IMG/VR virus record: IMGVR_UViG_3300035698_007036 | Location: 1 to 64,000 of that record | Source of the DNA: a virus | Length of the DNA stretch: 64,000 nucleotides | Direction: 5' to 3' (one strand) | Part shown: positions 28,623 to 41,400 of the stretch, in pieces | How the letters are laid out: each line of letters starts with the position of its first letter | How positions within the stretch are numbered: the stretch's first letter is position 1 | The notes under the pieces: model-generated | Told to the model about the DNA's origin: nothing | What the model saw: the letters and a program-made list of their open reading frames with translations, nothing else | The model's database searches: none | Translations under genes and position numbers: made by a program

Positions 28623-30278
28623 ATGGCTAGAAATAGAATAATTTATGCTTCTCAAAGTGTCTGGGTTAATGGTGATGTTCTTTATCGTGTGCAGTCTCTA
28701 GGAAGCACAACGACCTTTACCAACGAAGACATCTTTGAACTTGGTCATCTTGACATCGTAGATGTCGTTGATGATGTACCGGCCGTTGCTGTGACTTTGA
28801 ATACAAATGATTTCGGTGATGTCGGAACCTTTGCTACTTTGGCTCAAGTTGTACCCACTAAGCGAGACATGATTGCAAATGCAATTGATGGTAATGCTAA
28901 TTTAGTAGTGGTAGAATCTGACGGAATTTCAGAAGTATCATATTTGCATGGAGTTTCAATTGCAGATTTTGCTGTTGTGTGTGGTAACCTTCCGGGCGTT
29001 ACTCTTTGGGCACCGGTCCAAGATGAATGTTCTCTTGGAGCATTAACCAGTAATATTGACCAAACTTTGTTTTTGGACGAAGTTTATATTAACAGCTTGG
29101 AGTTTAGTTATACTACTGGTGCCAACTCAACTGAGAACTACGGTGCTGAAACTGACCAGAAAATGTGGTTATTGAATGCCGCACGTTTTGTGAATTATGA
29201 TACGGCATCCGGTACAGGCGGTCTATTGTCAGCTGAGGATATTGTTAATGGATATATTGATCTTACAATCGCTTCAGGTACTACTATTGCTACGCTTTCA
29301 ACTGGAACTGATGCATCATCAGGCTTCCTAAGAAAGGATCTTGATGGTCAGCCAGCATGTACTTGGTATAATGATGATCTTGTAGAAATCACCAATTTTG
29401 AAGTAGCAGTAGGAATTGCAGCAACGACTACTACTTTTGTTTATGAATCTTCAGCTACTACTGGTGGATATCATAGACTTTGGTTTCCAACCGCTCCTAC
29501 AGCAACTACAACTCTTGCAATAGGCGATAAAGTAGAGGCCATTTATGCTGCTGATGCGTACGGTACTGGTACTTCCAATAAGTATTTTGAATTATTGTCA
29601 AGTACTCAAAGACCTGATATGATAGGTGCCCTTAGACAGGGTCAGATAGAGGCTTATATTGTGGATCCTACAGATACTGTATACAATGCCGCCTGGAGAT
29701 TGACAGGTGTAACTATCAGTTCGGATCTTACTCGTGAGCCTTTGGCAGAACTTGGACATCTTGGACCTTATGATCGTCCATTAACAGTTCCGATTCCAAT
29801 TACCGTAACTGTCGATTCTACGGCCGGTGATTTGGAAAACTGGGCTAAAGTAGCTAAACAGCTTGCCGCTTATACTGGTAACACTCTCGATGATATCAGT
29901 TTGGCAGATCTTATGGTGGTCGAGGACCTTAAACTAGTTGTTATGGTTTACGGTCAGACTGATGAAGAAGCCGGTGGTACTGGTGCAAATAGGACCATTG
30001 GGACCAACTCACCACTTGTAGGTCAGAACTATTTTGTAGACGGTTCTTTGAATGATGGTGGTGCTGTTTACGCAGAAGGCGGGCGTGAGTATCCACTGAA
30101 GACCCTTGTTGTAGAGCATCTTAAAATGACTGATGAAGGTATGACGTTGGATATGGGAGCTAATGCTACCCAGACATTTGGTTTTAGATCTACCAACGAT
30201 CTTTATGTTGTTAAGGGTTATGTGCCTGTAACAAAAATTGCAAACAGTTCTGGTAGAAATATCAGACGTAATGCGTAG
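28623..30278 (+). CDS. Major tail tube protein with two tandem tube domains
   Basis: 551 aa, biased codons, RVQSL..FELGHL and RLTGV..AELGHL duplicated halves; position before chaperones and TMP; hairpin downstream. Confidence 0.78.
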   Translation: MARNRIIYASQSVWVNGDVLYRVQSLGSTTTFTNEDIFELGHLDIVDVVDDVPAVAVTLNTNDFGDVGTFATLAQVVPTKRDMIANAIDGNANLVVVESDGISEVSYLHGVSIADFAVVCGNLPGVTLWAPVQDECSLGALTSNIDQTLFLDEVYINSLEFSYTTGANSTENYGAETDQKMWLLNAARFVNYDTASGTGGLLSAEDIVNGYIDLTIASGTTIATLSTGTDASSGFLRKDLDGQPACTWYNDDLVEITNFEVAVGIAATTTTFVYESSATTGGYHRLWFPTAPTATTTLAIGDKVEAIYAADAYGTGTSNKYFELLSSTQRPDMIGALRQGQIEAYIVDPTDTVYNAAWRLTGVTISSDLTREPLAELGHLGPYDRPLTVPIPITVTVDSTAGDLENWAKVAKQLAAYTGNTLDDISLADLMVVEDLKLVVMVYGQTDEEAGGTGANRTIGTNSPLVGQNYFVDGSLNDGGAVYAEGGREYPLKTLVVEHLKMTDEGMTLDMGANATQTFGFRSTNDLYVVKGYVPVTKIANSSGRNIRRNA

Positions 30279-30291
30279 TAAGGAACCCGGA

Positions 30292-30317
30292 TCAGGTGGG
30301 GCTTAGGTCCCACCTGA
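30292..30317 (+). terminator. Hairpin after the tail tube gene
   Basis: TCAGGTGGGGC-ttag-GTCCCACCTGA, 11-bp stem with one G-U pair; weak U-tract. Confidence 0.6.
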
Positions 30318-30346
30318 CTTAATCTATTAAAGGAGGAATTAAAGGT

Positions 30347-30610
30347 ATGGCTACTGAGAAGCTAACAGCTGCAGATAGAAGCAGGGAAAAGTTGAAGGGT
30401 CAAATCAAGACGGAAATTACAGCCCTTTTCGAAAACGCACTAGATTTTGCTCACGTGGCATGTCCGCCATCAACTTATCCCCAATTAAGATCAAAGATAT
30501 TGAGAGTAGGTAACAACTGTATTCGTAACTTGGGCAATAAGCTCAAGCAATATGATATTGAATACAAGGCTACAATTGAAGATATAATAGAAATTAAACC
30601 CAAAAAATAA
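30347..30610 (+). CDS. Hypothetical helical protein
   Basis: 87 aa, AGGAGG SD. Confidence 0.6.
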   Translation: MATEKLTAADRSREKLKGQIKTEITALFENALDFAHVACPPSTYPQLRSKILRVGNNCIRNLGNKLKQYDIEYKATIEDIIEIKPKK

Positions 30611-30650
30611 GAATTACGGACAATAAAAAAGGTAAAGGAGAATTTAAGAA

Positions 30651-31388
30651 ATGGCTGAAGAAAAAAGAGATGAAAGACGTAGTTTTACAGGACCTGATGG
30701 AGAGGATACTATCTTCATTGCACCACCGAGTGCTGAAGATATTCGCGGAGCGGATTGGCAATATAGTAAAACATATACCAGATGTCTTGTAGAGGGCATT
30801 ACCACAAGTGCAGAAATGATGGACATTCTGACAAGAAGAGGTATCATTGGTCAGGAGTTTGAAAAAAGGGCCAAGGAACTAGCAGTCAATCTAAATGTGA
30901 AGATAAATGATCTTGACGTCGTTGAATCAATGGATGAAAAGCGTGATCTTTCTCTTGAGATAGCTTCCGCTAGAGAAGAGCTTTACCAGTGGAATCAACG
31001 TCTGAACGGTCCCATGAATAATACTTGTGAAAGTATTTCCGACGATGCTCGTTTGGAATTCCTCACATCCTGTATGATACAGAAGGAGGATGATAGTAGG
31101 GTATGGGTCTCTTACGATGCTTTCCTAACGGATAGAACTAACGCCCTACCTATTAAAGCGAGATTCGAGGTCATGCTTTATTTACAAGGACTCAATTCGG
31201 ATTTCATAGACCAAACACCAGAAGCCAAAGCCATGAAGGAAGTTGAAGAGGACATAATGGCACGGGCAGAGGAGGCACTAAAGACGGCTCAGGCTATTGA
31301 GGATGAAATGAATAAGGAGGCCACAGTTGCTTCAGAGCCTAAGAAGGTAGTAAAAAAGACCACAAAAAGAGCTCCTAAGAAAAAATAA
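30651..31388 (+). CDS. Tail assembly chaperone (G-like, putative)
   Basis: Acidic helical 245 aa between tube and TMP. Confidence 0.6.
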   Translation: MAEEKRDERRSFTGPDGEDTIFIAPPSAEDIRGADWQYSKTYTRCLVEGITTSAEMMDILTRRGIIGQEFEKRAKELAVNLNVKINDLDVVESMDEKRDLSLEIASAREELYQWNQRLNGPMNNTCESISDDARLEFLTSCMIQKEDDSRVWVSYDAFLTDRTNALPIKARFEVMLYLQGLNSDFIDQTPEAKAMKEVEEDIMARAEEALKTAQAIEDEMNKEATVASEPKKVVKKTTKRAPKKK

Positions 31389-31390
31389 AT

Positions 31391-32422
31391 ATGTTTTCGC
31401 ATGAAGAAGCTGAAAGACTATTGCTAAAGATATTTAGCGGCAAAGAGATGGTCCTTGTCGAGAAAGACGACAGGGACATCTTTGTCCTATTTAAGCATCC
31501 CACTAATGATATAAAGATGCGAGCAAATATTATTTACGATGATGCTTACAAGAGAGCTATAGATGGTGGGATGCTTTCCATAGAAGATATGGAAGAGCTT
31601 ATTGAAAAACGAAATTTATACACAGAATCCGATAAGCAGAGAGTGTCAAAGCTCGAAAGTCAGTTAGAGGCTCAGGGAGTTTTATTGGCAAGGACCGTTA
31701 AAGTGGCCGCCAACCAAGAAAGAATAAAAGGGATCATAAAAAAGATAAGAGATGAATTAAATGAAATAAGGTTCAAAAAGAATTCAAAACTAATGATGGC
31801 CGCAGAAAATAAAGCGGAGGAAGTAAGGTCGTCTTATTATTGCTGGGCCTGTACCTATAAGTTTGAAGAAGATGAACGTTACTGGGACACCTACCAAAAT
31901 TTTAATAATGAAACCTCTATAGTATTTAAGGACAGAGTTTTATTATCCTTCATGCAGTTCTATAGCGGTATACCTACTACTGAGATGCGATTCCTGTCTA
32001 GGCACAACATGTGGCGTATTAGGTACATAACTAGTCAGAAAACCACAGAACAGCTTTTCGGCGTACCGACTTCCGAATACACTAATGACATGATCAGTCT
32101 GACTTACTGGTCTAATTTTTACCAAAATATATTTGAAATGGCTCCAGAGAGTCGTCCTCCTGATTCCATAATAGAGGATGATGAGTCTTTGGATGCGTAC
32201 ATGGGTGAGTATTACAGTGAGCGGAACCGTGAGGACGCAACCAGGCGAAGCACAATAAAAACTAAGGGCAAACTTTCGGCTTTTGACAAAGAAGAAGTCA
32301 TTGTGATGAAATCGAACGAATTATATCAAGAAATAGACTATGATAAGCCAAGGGAAGCACAGCGGCTCAAGGATAAAGACCTTTCTTCTATCAAGAAGAA
32401 AGCCAGGAAACGGCGTAGATAG
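31391..32422 (+). CDS. Tail assembly chaperone (T-like, putative)
   Basis: 343 aa directly before TMP; FYQNIFEM..RPPDSIIEDDESLD motif. Confidence 0.55.
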   Translation: MFSHEEAERLLLKIFSGKEMVLVEKDDRDIFVLFKHPTNDIKMRANIIYDDAYKRAIDGGMLSIEDMEELIEKRNLYTESDKQRVSKLESQLEAQGVLLARTVKVAANQERIKGIIKKIRDELNEIRFKKNSKLMMAAENKAEEVRSSYYCWACTYKFEEDERYWDTYQNFNNETSIVFKDRVLLSFMQFYSGIPTTEMRFLSRHNMWRIRYITSQKTTEQLFGVPTSEYTNDMISLTYWSNFYQNIFEMAPESRPPDSIIEDDESLDAYMGEYYSERNREDATRRSTIKTKGKLSAFDKEEVIVMKSNELYQEIDYDKPREAQRLKDKDLSSIKKKARKRRR

Positions 32423-32488
32423 GTTAGGAATCAGGATTAGGGTTTAAAAAAGAAGTGAGTATTTACGATACTTTTGGAGGTGCTGGCT

Positions 32489-35400
32489 TTGGGAGAAACT
32501 TATGATGTTAATTTAAAAACCACCGTTGATAGATCTAGTGGGGCGGGAAGTAAATCCGCAGGCATTTCCCCTAATGATGTTAAAGAATTCATCAAAGCAA
32601 CAAAAGACAATGAGAAGGCTACAAAACGCTTACCTAAAGATATAGCGTTAGCCATAGCTCCAATTTTGAAAGGGGCTTTTAAACAGCAAGGTGTTAGTAA
32701 GGATTCGTCTGGACAATCAATAGACGCTCTTGCTACTAAACTAGCCTCACAAATAGGTAGACAGCTCGCCAAACAGTTGGCTATTCATGCCAAAGCTCCA
32801 GCAGTAACCCAAAAAGCCACAGCCACGTCTAACAAATCTGACAAAAATACTAAAGCCTTAAAAGACAGTATAGACAAACAGACTACCAAGATAGTTAGTG
32901 CTATTTTGAAAGGCATTTCTGCGACGTCAGGCAAACAAAAATCAATTATATCTCCGGATTTTGGTAAACAGATAGCCACTGAAGTAGCCAATGCTGTAAG
33001 AAAAGTTATGGCTAGCAATGTTAGTCAGGCCAAAGAGTCAATTGACTCCGGTAAATTGGCCAACGTTATCTCTAAGCGGGTGTCTTCTGCTATAGACAAG
33101 ACCAGCCTGAAAAACACTGAGCCAGCTAAACTGATTAAGTTTTTAGCAGGCCAAGGACAAAACGGAAAAGACATTGTAAAAGTTTTAGAAGCTTTACAAA
33201 TGGAGATAAAAAGACAGAGCAAAGCCGGAAGTCTTCAAATGCCCAAAGAATTAGTTACAGGAATAAACCAGATAAAAACGGCTTTAGACAAAGTAGCTAA
33301 TCAAAAAACAACTGAACAAGATGGTAAGTCAGCTAAGGAGATAACCAAAGCAGCTGGCGACCTCGCTAAAGCTGTAGATAAGTTAACTTCTGTGGTAGGT
33401 GCTTTAGAGAGTACCGCTAAGAAAGCCAGTGCTGCCAATAGATCTGTTGACAAGATGGCAACTGGCTTAGCCAATTCAGGACAAACAGTGGGTAGGGTAG
33501 TTAAACCTATAAAGCAAAAGATAGAGGCTAAAATAGATAAGATAAATGATACCGAACTTAGAAGAAGTTTTAAAGCCCTTTTATCAGATGTAGAGAAAAC
33601 CATAGCTGCTAGCTACAAGTTAAAGATAACTCCTGAGATAGAAAAACTTATTAATCTTAAGAAAGAACTTGAAGCTAAAATTAGAAATATAGGAATTAGA
33701 TCTAAGGTGCCTGTTGAGGTAGAAGTAGATACCGTTAGTATGGACAAGCAACTAAAAAAGACGGAATCCAATGTTTTAAAGTTCAAGAAAAAAATAGAGA
33801 ATATAGAAATAGAAGGTCCTACAATTAACTTTAAAGCCGCCGCTTCTCCTAAAGGCGACTTCTCTGAGGTGTTAAAAAGAGTAGAGAAACGAATAGCGGA
33901 ATTTACTAAGCAAGAAGAAAAAGAGATAGTTGTTAAGATAGACCAGCAGAAGGGCTCTGTGAAAGGTTTCCAGGTCCAAGTAGAGAGTCTAAATAGGGTT
34001 TTGGATGAACTCAACAAAAAAGCTCAAGGCTCATCCCCTCTGAGTGGCTTTGAAGCTAATGATATAAATGCTGTAGCTAAGAAGATAGATGATCTGACTA
34101 CTAAAATGAGAAATGCAACGCTAGAATCAGCAAGATTGCAGGCTGAGTTAGCTGATATACAGTTAGACCCCATTACCAAAAGTGACGCTGAAAAAATAGT
34201 TAAGCCTTTAGTCGATGCGTTTAACCAAATAGAGGTCCTTTCTAAAAAGATAACCGGCAGTTTAGGTAAGGATGTACAGACTAGTTTTAAAGATGTAAAG
34301 ATCCGTTACAGTGAGGGTAATATAAAAGAAGCTCAGACTTCTGCTAAAGTGTTGAGTAAAGATCTCGGTGCCATAGGTCCGACGGCTCAGCAGGTTAAAT
34401 CTCTCGTAGATGATCTCGATAAGACTCTTGGGGCAGCGGTAAAGGGAGCATCAGAGCGGTATATTAAAGGTGCTAATTCTGTAGAGAAAGTAATGTATGT
34501 TCTTACAGATGCTATAATGGACTATGCTGGAAGTGTAAAATCAGCTCCTGATTTAAACAAGTCGGCCGATAGGCTGGTTAGAAGTATTGAAGATGCGGCA
34601 GATAAATTTGTAAGTTTAGGTAAGCAGGCTGCAGAGGCAATGAAGTATGTTGATAAATTTGAAATGCCACGTTATAATACAGGTGCTGGTAGATCTACTG
34701 ACCTAACAGCCCAAACAGCTAAACGCTTTCCTCCAATAGGTTCTGAAAAGATAAGAGCTAAAGAACTTATAAAATATACACAGACCACAATAAAACCACA
34801 TTATGAAGGTATACAGTCTGCTGGAACGCCAGGAATGGCTAGCGACAAGTCACAGTCAATGGTTGAACAAAGAGTAAGGGAGCTATCTAATTCCTTGGCA
34901 AAGCTTCAAGAAGATATGCTTAAAAATTTGGATAGAAACCTCGAGGGCACTTTTGCTAAATGGAAGGTAGTTAAGGATCCTGGACAGACTTCGAAAGACT
35001 ACGAAAAGATATTTAAGGTAACTGGTGGGGCCAACGCCAAAACTGCTGGAAAAGAATGGGCAGTTCAAATAGCCTCAGCCAAGAATCTTAGAGAGGCCAT
35101 AATAGATGCAAGTAAGGGCCTTAAGACATATAGTACTTCACTAGAACAGCAAGTTAGAAGAATGCCAGTTAAAAAACTTGTCAAATTATATGAGGACAGC
35201 CTTGTTGATTTGGAAGTTTTGGCCACACAAGGTAAGCCTGATGTTAGAAGGCAAAAAGTTGCCTCTTGGATACGCTCTACACCTAATGTGGAGTCTAAAG
35301 ATTGGAACCTGGACGATGATGAGAAGACTAAATTTAAGGAGATAAGAAAAACAGTATCAAGAAAGACTGGGCTTAAGGGTTCCGATATTTTAAAGGAAAT

Positions 35401-38400
35401 AGAAAAAAGCCTAAAGGGTTATGGTGATGACTCATTAGCTGAGCTTTACAAAAAGACATATGCTAGATCAGAAGCTCAAAGATCTATACAGGAGGGTTAT
35501 AAAAAGAAAGGTGCTGGTGGTGTAACTGTAACAGAGCCATTAGTACGTACTTTGGCCGTTCCGGCAGCTAAAATGGATATACAGGGCAATATAACTTTTG
35601 AGACCGCTTCTGGTGCTAAAAGAGGTGTGGCTGAATTTGCTACCTTTAGGTCTGGATTTGAAAAGATGTATGAAAAGCTTCAGTCAAAAGGTGGATCAGG
35701 TTACGATATAGCTGGAGAGTACGATAAACAAGTACGTTCTTTTGCTGTAAAAGTTCCAGCAGGTATGAACAGTCAAGCCAAAGAAACGGCTAAGAAGATG
35801 ATACTGGATCTAGCTTCCAAGGGAGGACCAGAAGATTTTTCCTTTATTATAGAGCAGTATAACGATGCTATAGTAAATAAGGGGGTTAAGCTCAGAAAAT
35901 CTAATGTCATAACGAGTGATGAGGAACTAACCAAGTTTGTTACTGAAAAGTCTTCCAGCATTAATAATAGCTTTAAGGACAACCCCATGGCTTTGGCAAA
36001 GAACATAGAAAACGTAATAGATGACTATGATAGGGCCGGAGTGACCGCACTAGACTTCGTAAGATCCATGGACAGTATAGATTTTGAGAATGTGTACGAC
36101 GTATATGATAAAGTTCTAAACGGACTTACTGTCGGTTTACAGCCATTGGAGAACTTAGCCAAGAATCCTAATTATTCAAGTAATATCAGGGACTACGAAA
36201 AAGCAATACGTCAGGTAGAGCAGTTAATGCCCGTTGTTGAACCAGGCCGTCCACGTAGAGGTGCCTACCAGGCAGGAGTAACTCATGTAACTTCAAGAAC
36301 TTCTGATGTATTTAGTGGAGAATCCCGTCTTACCCCAGAAGATCAAAAGAAACATATTACGGATATTAATTTAAGAGCCAAAGAGATGATGGAAGAAGCT
36401 AAAACACTTAGAAAATTAAGTGAAAAGATGCCTGAAACTTTTAAAGAGAGAAAGGGTCAGCCTCCATCTAGAATTAAAACTCTGACTTCATTAGGTCTTC
36501 CAGAATCTACCATTTCTGCTATTCTAGAAAGAGGTAAAGCAAGGGGCGGAGATACTAATGACTTCTCAAAAGGTACAGATTACTTAAAAGCTTTGGGTGG
36601 TACAACCGTTCAAATGCAGACCCAGCCCATACATGCTATGGCCCCTTTTGGGATGCAGGCAGGGCATAGAGGTAGAGCAGGTATGGGTTCTATAACCCGC
36701 AGTATGTCATTTGATAGAGAGATAAATAAGACTATATCTGACTTAAAGGGCACCCCTGTAAAGGGTACAGTTACTGATTTTCCAGCTGTGAGAACTACCG
36801 AAGAGCAGGAGTTAATAGCCGGAGGAAGATATGGTAGAAGTGGTTATGGTTTTAATGCGGCTACAGAATTTAAATCAGTAGCCGGTACTCATGAGGATAC
36901 TATTCAGGTAGCAGGTAAGATTGCTGATGCTTTAACTAGTAGAATAAAGACTGTTATGTTTCCAGCTTCTGGCGGACGCTTGGGCAGTCCAGGAGCTGCT
37001 GGTGAAAGGGAATCTTACGTAGGGGATATAACCCCTAAAATGATAAGCGACACTTCCTCAGAAATAGTTAAAGTTTTGGGAATGTCAAAAAACTATGAGG
37101 GTAGGGCTGATCAAGCTTTAATAGAAGAAGTTAATAAAACAGTTAGTGTAGTAAGAGGTGAGAATGTAGAAGTGCAGGCAGCAAAGATTGCTGAAGTATT
37201 TTTAAATCACTTTGGAAGAAAATTTATGACACGGTCTGGTACCAAAGGTGTTGGTATAACACCTACAAATCTAAATGAGAAGGATGCTAAATTTCAACTT
37301 AAAGTCGGTAAGAAAAAAGGCCTTGGTGTTTATGAAGATCCAAAGTCTATGGGTGAATTAGCGTCAGTAATAATGCTTAAAAATAGAAAAGAACTTGAAA
37401 GTAGTTTTTTCAACAAAGTTGGTGCTGGTCAAGGTCCCAAAGACAGTAAGGAAATTAGATCCGAATTCGAGAAAACCAGAAAAGCTATTTTAGATTCTGG
37501 TAATAAATTTATGATAGAGGCCTTAAGAAACAAGGACCTTGGGGTAGCCACTGAGGGCGAGGCTAACACTAACCAAGCCTTATTTACTACGTTTAAAGAC
37601 ATGATGGCTAGCCCAGCTATTAATCAGCAGTTTACTGGTAATAGTGTTGCTGATATATCTAAACTTAAAGACTTTTATATGAAGACTGGTGGAGACAAAG
37701 CAAGTTTAACTAAAATGAAACCGATAGAGGTTAGAATAAATTCCTCAAGTGTTGGTAGAAGAGGGTTACAGTCTGAAGTACTGGAAGCCGTCTTAGGCAA
37801 CGTAGTAGGAAAAGCCAAGCACGGATCCACAGTAATTGAATCAGATATACCTAATGAACAATACCAGAACTTACTGACCGGTGGTAAAGATCAAAGTGGC
37901 CAATACAAATCCGGCACGTTAAGTAAATATTCCAAAGCCTTGGGCTATAAAAAAGCTCTTGATAGTACCAAAGACCTTGAATCTGAAATATCTGACATAT
38001 ACGGAGTCGATGGTTTAGGCAGGAAAGTTTCTGAGGAGGCCTCTACTTTAAGTGAGTTAGCGTCGTCTGGAGCAGGTTCTAAGGTTTTAGGAGAACAACG
38101 AGCAGCCGTTGAGAAGGCTAAAACAGCCTTAGACGAGGCCGAAGCTAAAGTAGCCGAGGCTATGAACCTAGAAGAGACTTCTAACTTCTATTCCAATGTT
38201 ATTGACGAGTTTGGTAAGAAGCGAAGAGGCCTCATTTCTACACAACATTTTATTCAGATAGCTGAAGAACCAGGTGAGCAGCAAGATTGGAAAGCTGGAC
38301 AAGTCAAAGATCTTAAGAAAGGAATAAAGCTAAACCAGTTAGCTTACTCCGCATACGGTACTATTTTTGGCGAGCAATCAGCGGTAATTGATGAGATAAG

Positions 38401-41400
38401 GGAAAACCTTACTGATGCGTCTCAACAAAATTGGGAATATATAAAAGCGTTACAGTACATGAGCAACGATCAATCCGATGCCACTGACAAATATAAAGCA
38501 AGTTTAGAAAACGCACTCAAGAGTACTGGCAAGCAGGTAAAGTTAGGTGATCTTAAATCTTTTACCAGGTCTACAGGTACACTTACAGGAAAAAGAGACG
38601 ATCCTTCAAGCCTTAAAAATACTATAATGGATCATGAGAAATATTCTACACCTTTCTTAGTAGAGATACCAAAAACTAATTCACCAATAGATAAATTAGG
38701 TAAAGAGTTTGAAGATTTTTATGTACCAGGTCCACAAGCCAGAAGTGTTTATCCAGAGAATTTAGTAGCAGGCGAATATGGTATTGATAAAGTATCTAGA
38801 AGGATACAGCATGTAATAAACTCAGCTAAACAAGTAGAAGATTTTTCTAAAGACCCTATGGGGTCTATAGATCAAAATGAATTTATAAATATGGTAAGGC
38901 AGAACTTGTTCGAGCTTGAGCAACAGGCTATGGGATTTGAAAGAACTATCAATCCTCAAAATGCCCAGTTCAACATAGGTGAACTACAGGGTATGTTTAG
39001 TAAGCTAAGCACACTCCTATCAAATGATGCCGCCATACCAGTTTCTAAAGGCTTTAAACCAGAAGCGTTTAAAAATGTAAAGATGACTGAACAAGAAACA
39101 ATGCAACGTTTTATTGTTGAAAGAATGAAAGAAGTTGATCGAGGAGATACTTACAACTCTGGTATAAATAAAGGACAAATAAAGACCATACAGGGGGCTT
39201 ATGTAGAGTCCATAAAAAGGCTAGTTGATATGTACGTAGGAGTTTCTCCAGAGGTTAAGCAAGGATATTACAAAGCCGAAGACGTTAAGATGTTAATAGC
39301 TAACGATGATCTAACATCTCCATTAATTGAAGCTATGATGAAAGGTGAACCAGAAGGCATTGTAGAAGGCCTTGGGACACAAGCTAAGTACTTTAAATCA
39401 AATAATGTAGGCCAATTAAAAGAAAGAGTAGACAAATATCTTAATTGGCATGGCGAAAAGGTTAATGCTTATCCGGCTATAAATAGACGTCTGGGCGATC
39501 AAGTTGAACCTAAAAAGAAAAAAGAGGAAATGAAAGTCATTGCTGGCACCTTAGGAATAGGGGATAAGCTTAAGAAGGAGACCCTTCTTAAGAGAGCCGG
39601 TACATTAGAGAAAGCTAAAGTAGACTATCAAAATGAATTAGCTCAAATGACTTTAGGTAAAAAGGGTGCCGTACAAGAGACTTTGTTTACCAGGAGAATT
39701 CCTGCGGCCTATGGTAAGGCTGTAGCCGCAACTGTTGATAGAACAGAAGAAATGAAAACGTTTCTAGTGGAGATGGATTCTATTTATGATGAATTGTCAA
39801 CAGCTACTCGACTCAATGATGTTGTAACTCCCAATAAAGCTACTGAACTTGCCAAGACTATAGATTCTGCTCAGAAAGAGCTTGAAGACATAAGAGTACG
39901 ACATGTTGAAAGGGTAGATAAAGCAAGACAAGGTTCTAATTTACCTGTTCTAAAACAAAACGAGCTTATGATACCTGAAGCTTCTGCTAGGTTGTTGCCT
40001 GCACAGTTCCCCAAACCATATAAATTTGGAAAAATGGGATCAGTTACTGAAGACAAGGGAACATCAGAAACTGGTAAGAACTTTGATGAGTTAATCAAGT
40101 ATAGAAATAGATTAGAGAGCTATATAGCTAAGAATCCAGGTTCTGATATAGTAAAAGGAATGAATGAATTTATGGAGAAAGAACTAATTCCTTACGTGGA
40201 GAGTGTTCGTTTTCCATTCACTGGTATATCATCAGTACTTCCTTCCAAAGGACGTGTAACAAAGAAGGGTGATTTTAGAGGTATAGGGGATCAGACTGTA
40301 ATAGTACCAGGTGCTCCGGAAATGTCACCAGAAGATTTTAGTAATTTTCAAAAGCAAATAGAAAAAATACAAACAGTAAGAGGATCATTGTCCAAAACTA
40401 GAGAAGGCCTCTTGTCTAAACCTGGTGGTTCCCCTCAGTCTCCAGAAGTCAAAAGTTTAACCACCACTATTAACAGGTTAGATAAGGCTATAGATGACGT
40501 CATTCCTAAATACTTAGCCCATCAACAGAAGCTTGATTTCGACGGTGACTCTCTATTCGTACATACAGCAAAGCTGAAGGAAGCCAGAGCAGAAATTAAG
40601 CAACATTATGAGACTGTAATACAAACACCTAGTAAAGACGGTATGCCTGCCAGTTTTCTAGCATCCCACAGCGGAAAATTTGCTTCTGACGCTATCGAGC
40701 CCTTTGTGCAAAATGCTGTTTTAGCCGATATGAAGATGGGTTTTGATAAGAAGCAAGGAGGCAAAGGTGAAGAATTCCTTAGAACTCCAACTTTTTCTGA
40801 AGACCTTAGCTACATATCTACTGAGAAACAATTAGACTTTCTTAAAACCCGTATGGGTGACTACGGTGACATAATAAGAGAAGCCCTCGATGCTGTACAG
40901 GCTCCAGAAGGTTTGTCCACTGAGATTTTAAAATCAGTAAGAGAAATTTCCGGAAAAGACGGTGTTACGTCTGGTGATGTACTTACAGCTATACAGGGGA
41001 TTACATCTAATAAGCCAGCATCAGCAGATGCTTATGTTAAAGCCGGTTTAGAGAAACGTACAGGAGAAGAAAAGTATAAGGATTTCATTAGTGCTCAAAC
41101 TTATAAAATACATACAGGACCTGAAGTAGAGTCCTTAACTAGAATGCAGAGAGTTATAGAGACATATGCCGGATTTGGCAAAGAGGGCCTTATAGGTAAG
41201 GGCTCTGAGTCTAGGGCACGCCCTGAATTTGAGGAACGCTGGCCATCAGATATGCCTGGTTTATTTGGACCAAGGGGTGGAGTACAAGAATTTAATACCA
41301 TGTTAAATGAAATGTCTCGTTTTGGTCAGCAGGCTGGTATGGACGTTAAGCACGCTGGTGCCAACCCAGTAATACAAGAGATAGTGAGTCTTTTGACAAA

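Noticed and set aside
31352-31358. Canonical A-AAA-AAG slippery heptamer in phase near the end of the first chaperone
   Set aside because: The -1 frame hits TAA at 31376-78, so it cannot produce the chaperone fusion
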